Below, in pieces: positions 34,701 to 46,700 of a stretch of DNA of 64,000 bases (its first letter is position 1; every line of letters starts with the position of its first letter). The DNA lies in IMG/VR virus record IMGVR_UViG_3300021255_000136, positions 1 through 64,000 of that record; one strand, given 5' to 3'. A program made the translations under genes and the position numbers. The notes beneath the pieces were generated by a model. It ran no database searches. It was not told the DNA's origin and saw only the letters and a list, made by a program, of their open reading frames with translations. The stretch is from a virus (Duplodnaviria > Caudoviricetes).

Positions 34701-37700
34701 CCGGGGTGCTGACGAACGGTAACAGTCCTTCCATCAGTACGTTGCCAATAGGTCCGGATGTACTCTTGAACCGGTTCAGTGCCATAGCGAAGGTGTTCAG
34801 CTCATGGTAGGTATCACGCTGGGCCTGCATCGTCGCGTACTGTCTGGCCTTGTTTAGCATCTCTCTGCCTTCTCTGGTGTTGAAGATCGTCGGTTCTTCA
34901 GAGTTCTCTTCGCCTACTTCCATAGCCTTCAGGAGATCTTCTTCAGATACGCCCTGAGCCTGTAGTGCTTCTGCCAGTGCTCTGACATAGTAGCGCTTCT
35001 GGAATGCGAAGTCAGATTTCTCCAGGAACTCGCCATTCTTCTTCGACAGTTTGTCAAGTGGAGCCCAGCCGAAGATGTCGCGCTTGTTCAGGATATCACT
35101 GATGTCGTTGAACTTGTTGCCAGTACGCTTGCCTGCTACGACGTCTTGCATAGTTGCGTAGTCGCGCTGTGCAAACCGGACATAGGTGTTGTCGGACTCT
35201 TTGCCAAACAAGCCTACCCAACCGGTAAGTTCAGCACCGGGTACGTGCATCTTGTACTCGGGGTCAATAATGCCGGGGATCTGTTCAAGACGTCGCAGGA
35301 TAAGATCTTTCATGAACACTGCGGGCATGAAAGCTGCATTACCAACGAAGTTCCTTATGTGGGTTCTCGGATTGCCTAGCATCGCCAGATATCTCCAAGC
35401 GTTCCACTTATCCATGATCGTTGCGGGGATCTGGTCAGCAATATCTTTCTTGATCAGTTCCATGATATCGCTGATCTCCTGACGGCTTGTTGCGGCCATC
35501 AGTCTCTCTGCCAGTTCCTGGTTCAGAGTGATACGCTGCATCTTGTTCTTCGGGTTTTCTATCCTCTTTGCATACGTTGCATTCAGGTGGTTGATAACAC
35601 CGTTGATGTAGTAGAGCTGGCCTTGCGGTGTCGCCTTCTTAATAATCGACATCGCCTGTACAGCCTGACCTAAGTTGGTACCCAGGATAGACAGATCGGC
35701 TGCTACCTTGACTGCCTTATCATAGGTGTTAGGATCAGAGCTGAATTCCTGGATGAGGAGTTCTGCCAGTGCGATCCACTCAGCTCTCGGCAGTTCACCA
35801 CTCTCGACCATTGCGCTGAATGTGTTCATTGCCTGATCGAAGTTGCCGTTGAAGCGATTTGAAAGAATGCTACGCGCCAGTCGGATAGACCTTGCGTTGG
35901 ACTGAGGGGTATATCCCAGCAGCTCATTTGTCATACCTTCATACAGCATGCGCTCGGTGAGGTGTTCGTTCTCGACGTTTGCCGCTACGGTCTGCATGTG
36001 CTTCCGCACAGCGGTGTTGTCAGCGGACTTCTTCGGGAGATGTACATCATCCTTCTTGTCGCCTCTACCTTTCGGGAGCTTGCCGTACTTCTTTATAGCG
36101 GAGTCGATTGCTTTGTGGAGTTGTTCCTTCTTCTCCTCGGTCAGGTCGTCGGCGTAGTCAACTACACCCTTCAACCGTTCAAAGCTGTCGGCCAGAGCCT
36201 GTGGTCCGTTCCGGTTGACATACTCGTTAACGATGTCCTCCAGCTTGAACGGGTCGTTCTGGTTGGCGTTGAGCAGGTAGTTGTACTCGAAGGAGTTGAT
36301 CGGGAACGTGTCCAGTGTGGTGATCTGCTGGCCGCTAGCGTTGCGGAAAGTGAAGGTCTGGTCTCCTGTTGCGTTCTCCCTCATCGGGTTCTCGAAGCCA
36401 ACGGAGAATTGTTTGCTTACACCTTCCTGCGCTTCACTCTGCGGTTGACTCTGTTCATACAGTTCTCCATTGTCTCCTGTGCGTCGAGATGTTCCTTCTT
36501 GATCCTGCGCAGGAACTTCTTCCGTTCCTCGTCGTAAGCCAGCATCCTGTTCACGGAGACGATATCCAGTATCGACATCCCGATTTGCAGGAGGTATTGT
36601 ATAAGGTTGCGTTGTGGTTCGGTCAGTACTGTTGGCATTGTTCATCGCCTCCAAATAATTGATGTATTGTGCTTCGGGGGAATCTCCTCCTACGTTCTCC
36701 ATGACCACCGTCTCACCAGAGTCGAGCTGGTAGTATGCGGTATCGTCGGAGTAGTACAGGTTCGGAGAAAGTTCGGACTGAGTAAGGTCTGTTGGGTTGG
36801 TGTTGGAGATTTCAACTTCATCGCCGAATGCGTCGTAGGCAGCATTGGGGTCGATGGAGAGGGAATAGCTACCAGCAACCCCCCAGGAATTTACGGTATT
36901 GAAAATTGCGTCTCTGGAGTACTTCGGCGCATTTCTCCGCCTACGTTCGGCTCCCCATTCCAATCTGCTTTGAACATCTCTGGCCTCGATTTCTCCGGCT
37001 GTATTCCTATAGAGATCGTAGTCGGAGTCATTTTTGTGAGACCGGTTCCTGCTCTGGGAAAGATCGTAGTTACTCAAGAAGTCTGCTACTTCGCCGAGAC
37101 CATACTCGCCTATCGCCCACAGGAGCTCTTTCTGATAGTCCTCGCGCTTTTTCTCATAGTATAGCTGGCCATTCTTCTGGAAATCCTGCAGCGTCAGATG
37201 AAGCATTTCGTTGCGGGTTTCTGCCATAGCATAGAGCCGATTCAAGCCATCTGCTGGGATGTACAGTTTCATGGCTTCTAAGGCTTTCTTTGCACGGTCC
37301 TTCGGTGTGTACGGCACTCGTTTCCCGTTTACGTCGATCTGGTCGTCCCAGGCTTCGAGATTTGAACCGCTCGCAAATCCTTCCATATACTGGATAGCGT
37401 GCTGTATTTCATGCATCAATGTACTGCGTACGTCTCTCTCGGCCTCTGATAAATACCCGACGAGGTCATCAAGAGCAATTGTGATCGTGAAGCTGGAGGG
37501 ATCAAATTCGCCGCGTACATTACTCGGCATTTCTGTGAAAACAACGGTATAGTTTTTAAGGTCAGGATAGTTAGCAAATAACATCCCGGCGTTTCTTAAA
37601 ACTTCTGGGAGCTTATACTCGGACCTGTAGTTTTCTGCGTTACCAAGAGAACTTTGTATAGCCGCGTTCCATTCCTGATCAAGTACAGCAGGACGTATGG

Positions 37701-40700
37701 TAAAGTCCTTATCATAGATCTCCCACTTCCATTTGCCGTCAACGCCACGGAACCATCCAGTATCTTTCCAGATTTCATCCCGGCTGTATCCAGCTATTTC
37801 CCTCTGCTCAGCTGATTCGAGTTTACCGAGATCAGCGCCTTTTGCAGCTGGGCCAGCGAGGCTAAATCTTTTCTCAATTCTGTCTACTTCATCGCGGACA
37901 GCTTGAGCGCTCTTCCGTTCTTTCTTTGCCGCATCTCTTTCAGCTTTAGTCTGATAAGAGTACGGGAACGGTTCAAGACCTGCCTCTTCACGAGCGGCGT
38001 TTACTTCAGAAAGATATTTTCTGTAGTTAGCTTCAGATAGCCCTGTACCAGTAAGGTCAATTGGAACGCCAACTTCCTGAAGAGCAGAGAGCAAACCGGA
38101 AGGTACAACATTGAAAGGCACACCAAGACCGGGTGCTTCCCTGTCGAGGATCTCCTTGTACTGCTGGGCAACTTCGATGTTGGACAGCTTACGTACCGGC
38201 ATGAGCCACCGAGAAAGATACACATGTCTTTGTGTGTTTTCTAACTGGCTTGCTAGGGAGCCGCTCTTCCAGTCGTGCATACCAACAGCATCTTTTGCAG
38301 TAACAATATCTCCGTCAGAACGAGTTGCCTTTTCAGGATCTGTTACACCGAAGTGATAGCCGCTGGTCAGCTCACTCTTTGGAATGGCGCACATATACGT
38401 TACCAGGTTGGGACGTTTGTACGCAATGGAGAACTGGTCATTGAGAACTACATCGCTAGAGTGCTGGTACGGGTTATACGCAGCCGGTACCACGGAACCA
38501 TCTACGTCGCTCTTCTCAAGTCCATAAGTCCAGGATACTTCACCGGTCTTGTCATTGACTTTCTTACCGAGGCTCTTGGAGTTTGGATTGCCTACTGACT
38601 CTTCCCACACCCCGGGACGGAGAGCATGCGATTGGCTCTTCTTGCCTGTCTCGTCTTTCTGCACACCGGCCATAGGAGCAATAAGATATGGATCTCCGTT
38701 CTCGTCTTCGTACTCAAGGAATGATTTGTATGTGTAAACCACATCACCGTTCTCGAGCTGATCGTTAAGGAAGTTCAGCGTATCTGGATCGGAAACAGCG
38801 ATGGAATACATCGGGTCCATGTCACGCTGTTCAGAAGTTTTATATCGGTCTATCCTTCTATTATCTTCATCAACAGCTTCGTTCTTAGCTGCTATCTGCT
38901 CGTCGTCGAGGAACTGGTTCGGTATATACTTCAAGAAATGCCCGTCCTGAGGATTGACATTTTTAAAGATATCTGCTATACTATATGTAGCTGATACCAG
39001 GGCCGATGCAGGAGTCTTAGATTCCTCCGTCCTCCCCGTGACGTCAGCTTTTATTTTTGCCAACGCGACGGTCATATACAATTTGCCTCCATCATTGGAG
39101 GTATTTTTTATTTCAAATTGTACTGGGACGAGGCTGTTCTCATCTTTGAAAACACTAAGTAAAACCTTTGTGTCTATTAGATTTCGGCTTTCTCGTTTCG
39201 TACCGGCGTATTTATCCGTATGCGCTTCAATTAGAACTGCCGAATTTAATAAGTCATCGATGTTGATTAGCGCTTTTGCAAAGTCTAAGTAAGTCCCGCC
39301 TGTTCTGAGTTGCTTGTGAAGACTCTCCCTTAAACCACCGTTTTTAGAAAACAGAAATTCGATTTCTACTTCAGGAGAGGATAAGGCCCGATTTAGTATT
39401 CCAAGCTTTTCTGCTAACGGATAAATGACTTTCTCCGCTCTGCTCTTGGCTATACTCTCTGCTTCCAGCTCGCTAAGTTCTTCTGCATAGTCCTGAGATT
39501 TTGTATCGACAACAGCAGTAATAGTACGGTCTTTAAGTTCCTCGTAGCGCTCATCTTCGGTCATCCCGGCAGATATAGAATACTGCTTATTGACACCCTC
39601 ACCGTCTTGTGGTATACTATTATTCGACGCTATGGGGTGCCGGGCGAACCAATCTTGGTTTTCGCCATTGAAGTCGATGTTCGGATTATTTCTGGATGTC
39701 GGCTGGAACGCGACTCCCACGGCGTTATTTTTTTGCATCATTGCATGGTACAAAATACTACGACCGTCATCAGCTTGCGCTATGCTCAGGATTACAGGAT
39801 ATATATTCTGCCTGTCCATGACGTAAGCTTTTCTATATTCAAATCCGTTCCTATCCATCCACTGGTGGTTCTCTCTCGGGTCGGTGTCCTGCTCGGAATA
39901 GCCCTCGAACTTGGAGATCTGCACTACTTCCGGAGCGTTGAGGTAGACCATACGAGTCGTGCGGTTCCTGCCTCTACCATACGTTAGCTCTGTCAGAGGA
40001 TGGTGCGCGTTGCCATGCTTTGATACGTCCTTATCTTTGGCATCTGCAAATACAATAGTCTCCGGTACGCCGTAGTCGGATACTGTTCCGATCTCCATAC
40101 CAGCGAAGTTATTCATAACGAAGTTATTAAACTCAGCGTTTCTGAAGTACCTGCTCTTGAGGTCAGTATCCATGTAGACAACTTCGTCATAGGTCTGGCC
40201 GTTAACGTCTACAACATTCTTTGCGACGGAGAACCGCATATCTCGATTACTATCATCAAATCTCTGAGACAGAGGAATAATATTGCCGTCGTCGTCATAT
40301 GTGACTGCGTCGGCTCTTTTTATATTCTCTGCGTTCAGCATGATGTAGGACTCGTTACCGGCGTCTTCCATCTCATTGATGTACCGGATGCTGTCGTAAC
40401 CCAGACCGAGTAAATACTTCTGTGCGGACAGGTTGGCGATTCTTCCGAGGTCATCGAGATCGTCGTCCGTCACTGCCGCGCCTTCAAATTCGCCCTCGTT
40501 GTACAGAGCATCCTGCCAGCGTTGCGCATCCGCTTCGTACTGGTCATACGCCTCGTTCCTTACCAGAGCCTCTTTGAGTTTCTTCGAGTTGGCCTTGGTC
40601 CACTTGGTATTAACAGCGCGTCTCGGAATGTACCCGTCCTCGATCCAGTCATCGACGTCGTCCATCATGTTCTTCAGGGCCATAGGATCGCCCCACACAT

Positions 40701-43700
40701 CCGGTGTACGGAGTGTGTTCTCCATCTTGAGATACACATCGTAGATGCCAGGGTTGTCACCGAGGTTGTTGTACAGGTTGTTGTAGAATGCCTCAGCTGC
40801 AGCTCGCGTACCGAAGTGAACACCAAGTTCGTTCGCAGATATCATACGGAATTCATTGAATCCGAATGACTGCGTACCGTGGAATGCTTCCTTCTTGTAC
40901 CCGGCTTTCTTCGCTGCCTTCTCTACCATAGCCTGCGCTGTTTCCATGTCGTCGCTCTTTACAGCGTCCATGTACTGCTGGTCGGATTTGCTCAGGCTGT
41001 ACTGCATACCGGGGTGCTGCTCCTTATACTGGGCAACGAACTTGTCTACGATACCGTGGGCGACCGGGAATACGTTCGGGTTCTCGTCGTAGCTGTTGAG
41101 CATACGATTGACCTGATCCATATTGAAGATAGGACGTACCGGCAGCTGGGGTGAACCGTTACCGTTGTTGTCGTACATCTTGAAGTCGATCAGGAGTTTC
41201 CAATACCCATCCGTGCTTCCGTCTTCCTTCAGGGAGTAAGATCCATCCTTATTATCAGTAAGGAACTTGTAGAACTTAGGCCTCTTACCATCCCTTGCAC
41301 ACATCCCGAGATACTTCTCCGCGTTCTCTTTCCCGGACTTACTGAAGTCCCAGTACTCGTTCGGCATGTAGTTCGTGCATTTGGTTGGGACGTCTCTACC
41401 CTGCCATTTGTGCGTGTGCTCTTTGGGATTAAGCCACTTCTCGTTCTGCTGGTATGTGTAGTCCTTTGTAGTAGCCGGAAGGCCCATAGCTTTGTACTGG
41501 GCTTTCTTCCACTGGCTGCGATGGAATGGAATAATAAAGTCGATCCGATCATCGGCCAGAGCAGCAAGCAGCTGGGCGTCATCATAGACGCAGCAGATCG
41601 TACCGACGTTCCTCGGGTATGCGTTCCTCAACTCCATAGCTGTGTCGAAGTTCATACCTTCTTTATTATTAAAGACTAATTTACCGTTCTCATCCACAGA
41701 CCATGCGTCAATACTCAGGTTGATCTTCAGCCCTGTATCGCCAAGCGCCCATGCGAAGTCAGGTACTTTCGTGTAGGCCTGACCCTGCAGTCCTACTCTA
41801 CTCATATCCGTTATCACTTGCATAGCATCTATGAGATGTACGATTTCAAAGTCTGAGAAACTTTGCATGCGGATACCGCCGTTCCGGTTCTTCTCCCGGA
41901 TCATATCAGCGTCTTCGAAATGCTGACGGATCTCGCCCTTGTACGCGCTTCTCATCTGGTACAGCTTCGGCTTCTGCTGACTTGCGAACAGGTTCTTGTC
42001 GCCCTTCCGTAACGTACCATAGTGGTTCCAGAAGTACTCGTACTCTTCATATACTTCCGGGTGGTTCTGCCGTACCCACTCAATACCGTCCGGTGTATTC
42101 ATCTGGGCCATGTTCGGTACCCACTCACCCGGATGATATTTCTCGTACAGCTTGAGGAACTCCTTGGTGAAGATGCCCATCGTAGCGCGTGAACCTTCGA
42201 CGTAGCATTTACCGCAGCTTACTTCGAGCCCGGCGTCGTCCATCATTGCCCTGATACTCAGAACATCGAACGGAGTCAGTACGGTATTCGGTAATGCGTT
42301 CTGGATAGCGCTGAACGTACCGGTGAGCAGTCTGCGTTTTTTGCACAGTGTGGTGAAGTCAAAGCTTCCGCCATACTCTGCATTGCTTACGAACGGAGAC
42401 TTGCCGGTGTCTTTATAGTCCAGACGGCCTTTGTCTTCAGCGATCATCTTGGCCACGCTGTTAACGTCATCAACCCACTTCTCAGCCTGTTCGTAAGTGA
42501 CACCGAGCTGTTCGACAAGCGCGGTGATGGCCTTCTCCCTGTCGGTTACGTAGTCGCTTGCGTTCCATGTAGATAGTGAATAAAGTTTATTGGCGCTGTC
42601 ACCGTTCGTCTCTATCTCGGATGCACCGGAGCTGAGTGAGAAGAACATCGAAAGATTGGACACATAGTTCTTCTTCGGGGATGCCGCCTTCTCTTTAATA
42701 TCCATAACGATGGACTCGGGGCTGGTGCTGAAGTCATAGAATGTGGTTCCGTATCCGCCGTTTATCTCAACCGTGAGCTTCGGATCTTTGGCCCATTGTG
42801 AAGAACCCGGCCAGTCCTTGTGCGAGAATACCCACTTAATATAATCGAGTAGCTTTTCACACTGCACATCGGTTAGCTCCGCGCCAGCAGACGCCTCGAT
42901 TGCCGGACCTTCTGCCGCGATACGGACATTGCCTCTCTCGATGAAGTCCGAGCGATAGTTATTGTTATCGGGTAGCAGCTTAACTCCTGATTGTTTATAA
43001 GCCTTTTCGACTGTACTGTGCGTAGCACCACCGGTCCGCATCCCGTTAGGGTTGTTCTTCATCCAAGTGCGCATTTCCTCCACTTCTTCTGCCGGTTCGC
43101 CCATTGCGAGCAAGCTGTCCATCTGCTGGTCAATACCGGAGAAGTCCAGCATATCGCCGTATGGTGTGATGTACCCGCCATAGCAAAAGTATGGTGTGGT
43201 TCCGAAGATCTCAGTGGCCGCGTCTACTACCTTGACTGTACTGGATCTGGTAGAATCTTTCCAATCGTCAACGGAAAGGCTGAAGAACATCGCAAACGGT
43301 GAGACGTACTTCCGTTTGAAAGAACCGTGCTCATAGTAGTAAGCGATCTCGTCTGTTATGTCATCCGCGCTCTGGCCCAGCTTGAATGTCTTGGACTCAG
43401 CATTGTTTCCGTTGTCGTCCATGATATCCACCATGAATGTATCGGAGCCATGTACGCGTCTGTTCTGCTGTGCCCACTCGATGTATTTCTCGATTGTGGC
43501 AAGCTGTTCAGTTGTCGGCGCTGTTGTTTTGAAGAGGTGAACACCCGGTGCTTCAGGCTGCATACGGATGTTGCCCTGCCTCATGAACTCCACCATGCCT
43601 TTATCCTGCATGTTGGTGCCGACGTCGATACCAACAGACTTATAGACATTAGCGATTTCACGATGGTCAACAGTACGGTTTTCCTGGAACTTTTCATACG

Positions 43701-46700
43701 TCTGACGGTCCTGAGGTCTGAGCTCATGGGAGCCGGAGAAGTTAAGCATCTGGCCCTGCGGAATAATGTATCCGCCGTGACGATAGTTAGAGGTGATACC
43801 GAACGTTCTGATCGATGCCATCTCTACCTTGCGCTCGTCTTCTGTAGCGTTCTCGTACCAGTCCTGAGCAGAGGAGATGCTGAACCGGAAGTCAGGATCA
43901 TTGGTCGGGTTTTTGTTGTCCGGGTCCTTGAACTGGTTGGACTCGAAGCCGACAACAATCGTGGCGAGCGTTCCGTCCAGAGTACCATCGTCTTTGCCAC
44001 CTACATCTTCAATGTTTCGGAAGATAACGCCGTCATAGCCATGAGCATGTGCCCAGTTTACAACGCCGTTAGTGGTCATAGTTCCCGGTATGTCTTCTCT
44101 AAACAGGAAATTCTCCTGCTGCTTCGGGTTTCCTATTCTCTCCAGATATGCCCGGATGCCGTCCTTATCGGAGAGTCTACTCCATATTCCGCCTTCAGCG
44201 TCATAGATATACGGATTCTTCAGATTCGCGTATAACGGTCTGTTGCCTCTGGTTGTGAAGTCCTCTACCGTCGGCGGTGCAAATTGTTGTGCCAGTTCGA
44301 TTGCGTCTTCTCTGGACACCATCTCGCCATCGAATTCGAATACGGACTCGTTATTCTCATAGGCGTCATACAGTTCGTCGTAGAGGTATTCAAAGTTATC
44401 GAGTTCTTCCTCGAGCTGGTTCATGATCTTGTCTATGAACCTCTTCAGCGATGGCGCGATTTCTGCAATCTCCGGAAGATGATCCCGTGCAATCTTAGCC
44501 TGCTCGATAACACCTTCGAAATAGTTATCGGCATCACCAGCCGCCGCCTCCATAAGATTCCGTATCCTTTGCGCTGCGTTTAGGAAATCCTTAGAATACG
44601 GGGCCAAAGCCATTAGTGTATCGAGACTGTGTGCGAGAGTATACAGGTTCTCTACATTGTCATACAGTTCGTTCTCGACAAATACTCGACCATAGCCGTC
44701 ACTGTACCCGGTCTCTTCCTCTGCCCTCTTAGCAAGGAAGTCGCCCAGCTCGTTGTCGTCCATTTCCTCTATACCCGGTACCTCAGTCATCTCACGCATG
44801 GGGTTAACCTCACGCATGGTACCTGAGTAAGATCCGGCTATACGAGGATCGTCCACCGCAAAGAAGCTCAGATGGTCTGCCGCCCACTGCGGGTCGAAGA
44901 TGTTCTGGGTGGCGTGTGTAATAGATCCGTGCCACAGCTTCAGCAACCGGCCCAGATTATCTCTGACTCTGGAGCCTTTGAAGTACTCCAGCTGACCTCT
45001 GGACAAGCTGGCACCTTGGTTGTCCTCAGCTACATTATCGCCGTCCATAGTTACCGGCTGGCTAAGACTGTACTGCTTGCCCTTCACGAAATCACTGTAG
45101 TCCTGCGTCTGGGCTGCTTCGGATGTAGCGTATTCTACCAGCTTGTTGTCCAGCTCGAACTTCTGGGCTAGGCGCTGGTATGTCGGCATATCGGACTGAA
45201 TAAGCGAGACACCATGCATCCACGACATTCTATCTATGCCATTTACTAGATCGGCGTACATCTCGTTGAGGACGGCCTGCTCGAATTCCTCTGGGGATTT
45301 ATTGGCATAGGCGTCTTTGTAAAGGCCGCTATAATAGTCGTAGAGCCGGTCGAACAGGGATTTCTTTCCTTTGAAGATTGCTCCTATCGCCTTCTTCAAA
45401 TACTTAGACCGTTCAGCGTCGTTGAGCTTCTTGAGCATCTCGTGGGATATCTCGTGGTGCGCATTCTTAATATCCCTGTTGACGTTAATGATCATGGTAT
45501 CCATGCCGTGATTATTAAAGACCACGCCATCAAACGGAGTTCTATTTATTACCTTTCCGTTCTCGTCACGGATCAAGCTGTATAGACCATCCGCGTCAAC
45601 AAAAAAGACCCGTTCTACGCCAGCGCTTTGTGCGCGGCGTACAGCAGATCTCTCCTCATTAGTAAGTACGGACTCGTCATCCGAGAAGGAATCGTAGACA
45701 ACGAAGCCGTGGTTATATTCTATTGTATCTCTCTTCTTCTCGCCTGACAGGTCGAGAAGAGTTGCGTTTACTCGTCGTCCCCGAAGATCTCGTCCATCAG
45801 AGCTTTCTTCCGCCCCTGATATTCCTTCTCCTCCTCCGCTGTTCTGGGCTTCGGATTCAGCGGATCCCACTTGCCCTGCTGATACAGTTCCAGCTGCTCC
45901 TGAGTCATCGGGATTGACGCTCCGTTCGGCAGGCGTACTATCATTCGGTCGAATATCATTATCTGTTCCTCCATGTCTGGATTGTAGTGTTGCAAGGTCT
46001 TCCTGTGCTGCAGCTAACTTACGCTCCACTTCCTGCAGACGTTCAGCGTTGCCTTTGGGATCATTATATATCCTGTCACGCTCTGATGTCAAGCTAGCTA
46101 TTTCACGCTGTGTGGACTCGACAGTAGCGCCGACATTAGGCACACGGAACGGTTGAGGTGCTGTCTGGGTCTTAGGCGCGGATTTCTTCGACGTGGATTT
46201 CTTGGGCTCGCTTTTTGTGCTCTTCGCCTTCTCTGCAGTCTTGTTCGACGCGGTACGGTCTGGTTTGGTAACGGTGATTCCGTACTCCACTTCCATTGTG
46301 CCAAATGTATCGTTGGCTGCACGGTCCATCATCATATCGAACTGGAGATGCGCCTCTTCTGCGGATTTGCCCTTCGACACCTCGCTCTCGACAAACTCAC
46401 GACGTGTCTTCCACGGGAATGACGGATTGAGACGTACCTTATCCTCCCAGCTTCTGGGATGGACTTCTCTGGCCCCGAGCTTCTTCTCCAGCTCCTCATC
46501 GAGGTTCTTTACCTTCTGCTCTTTGGGGTTCTTCGGCTTCTCTGTGGTATCCGCCTTGTCGCCCTTCTTCACGACTGCAGCGCCAGTGTCAGTACCCTCA
46601 GTCTTGGCCACCCAGTTTATAGCTGCGTTCTGTCCTGCGCCGTCGAGGATAAGTTTAAATTCTTTCGCCGCTACGTCCAGAGTAACATTAGAGTTCTGAG

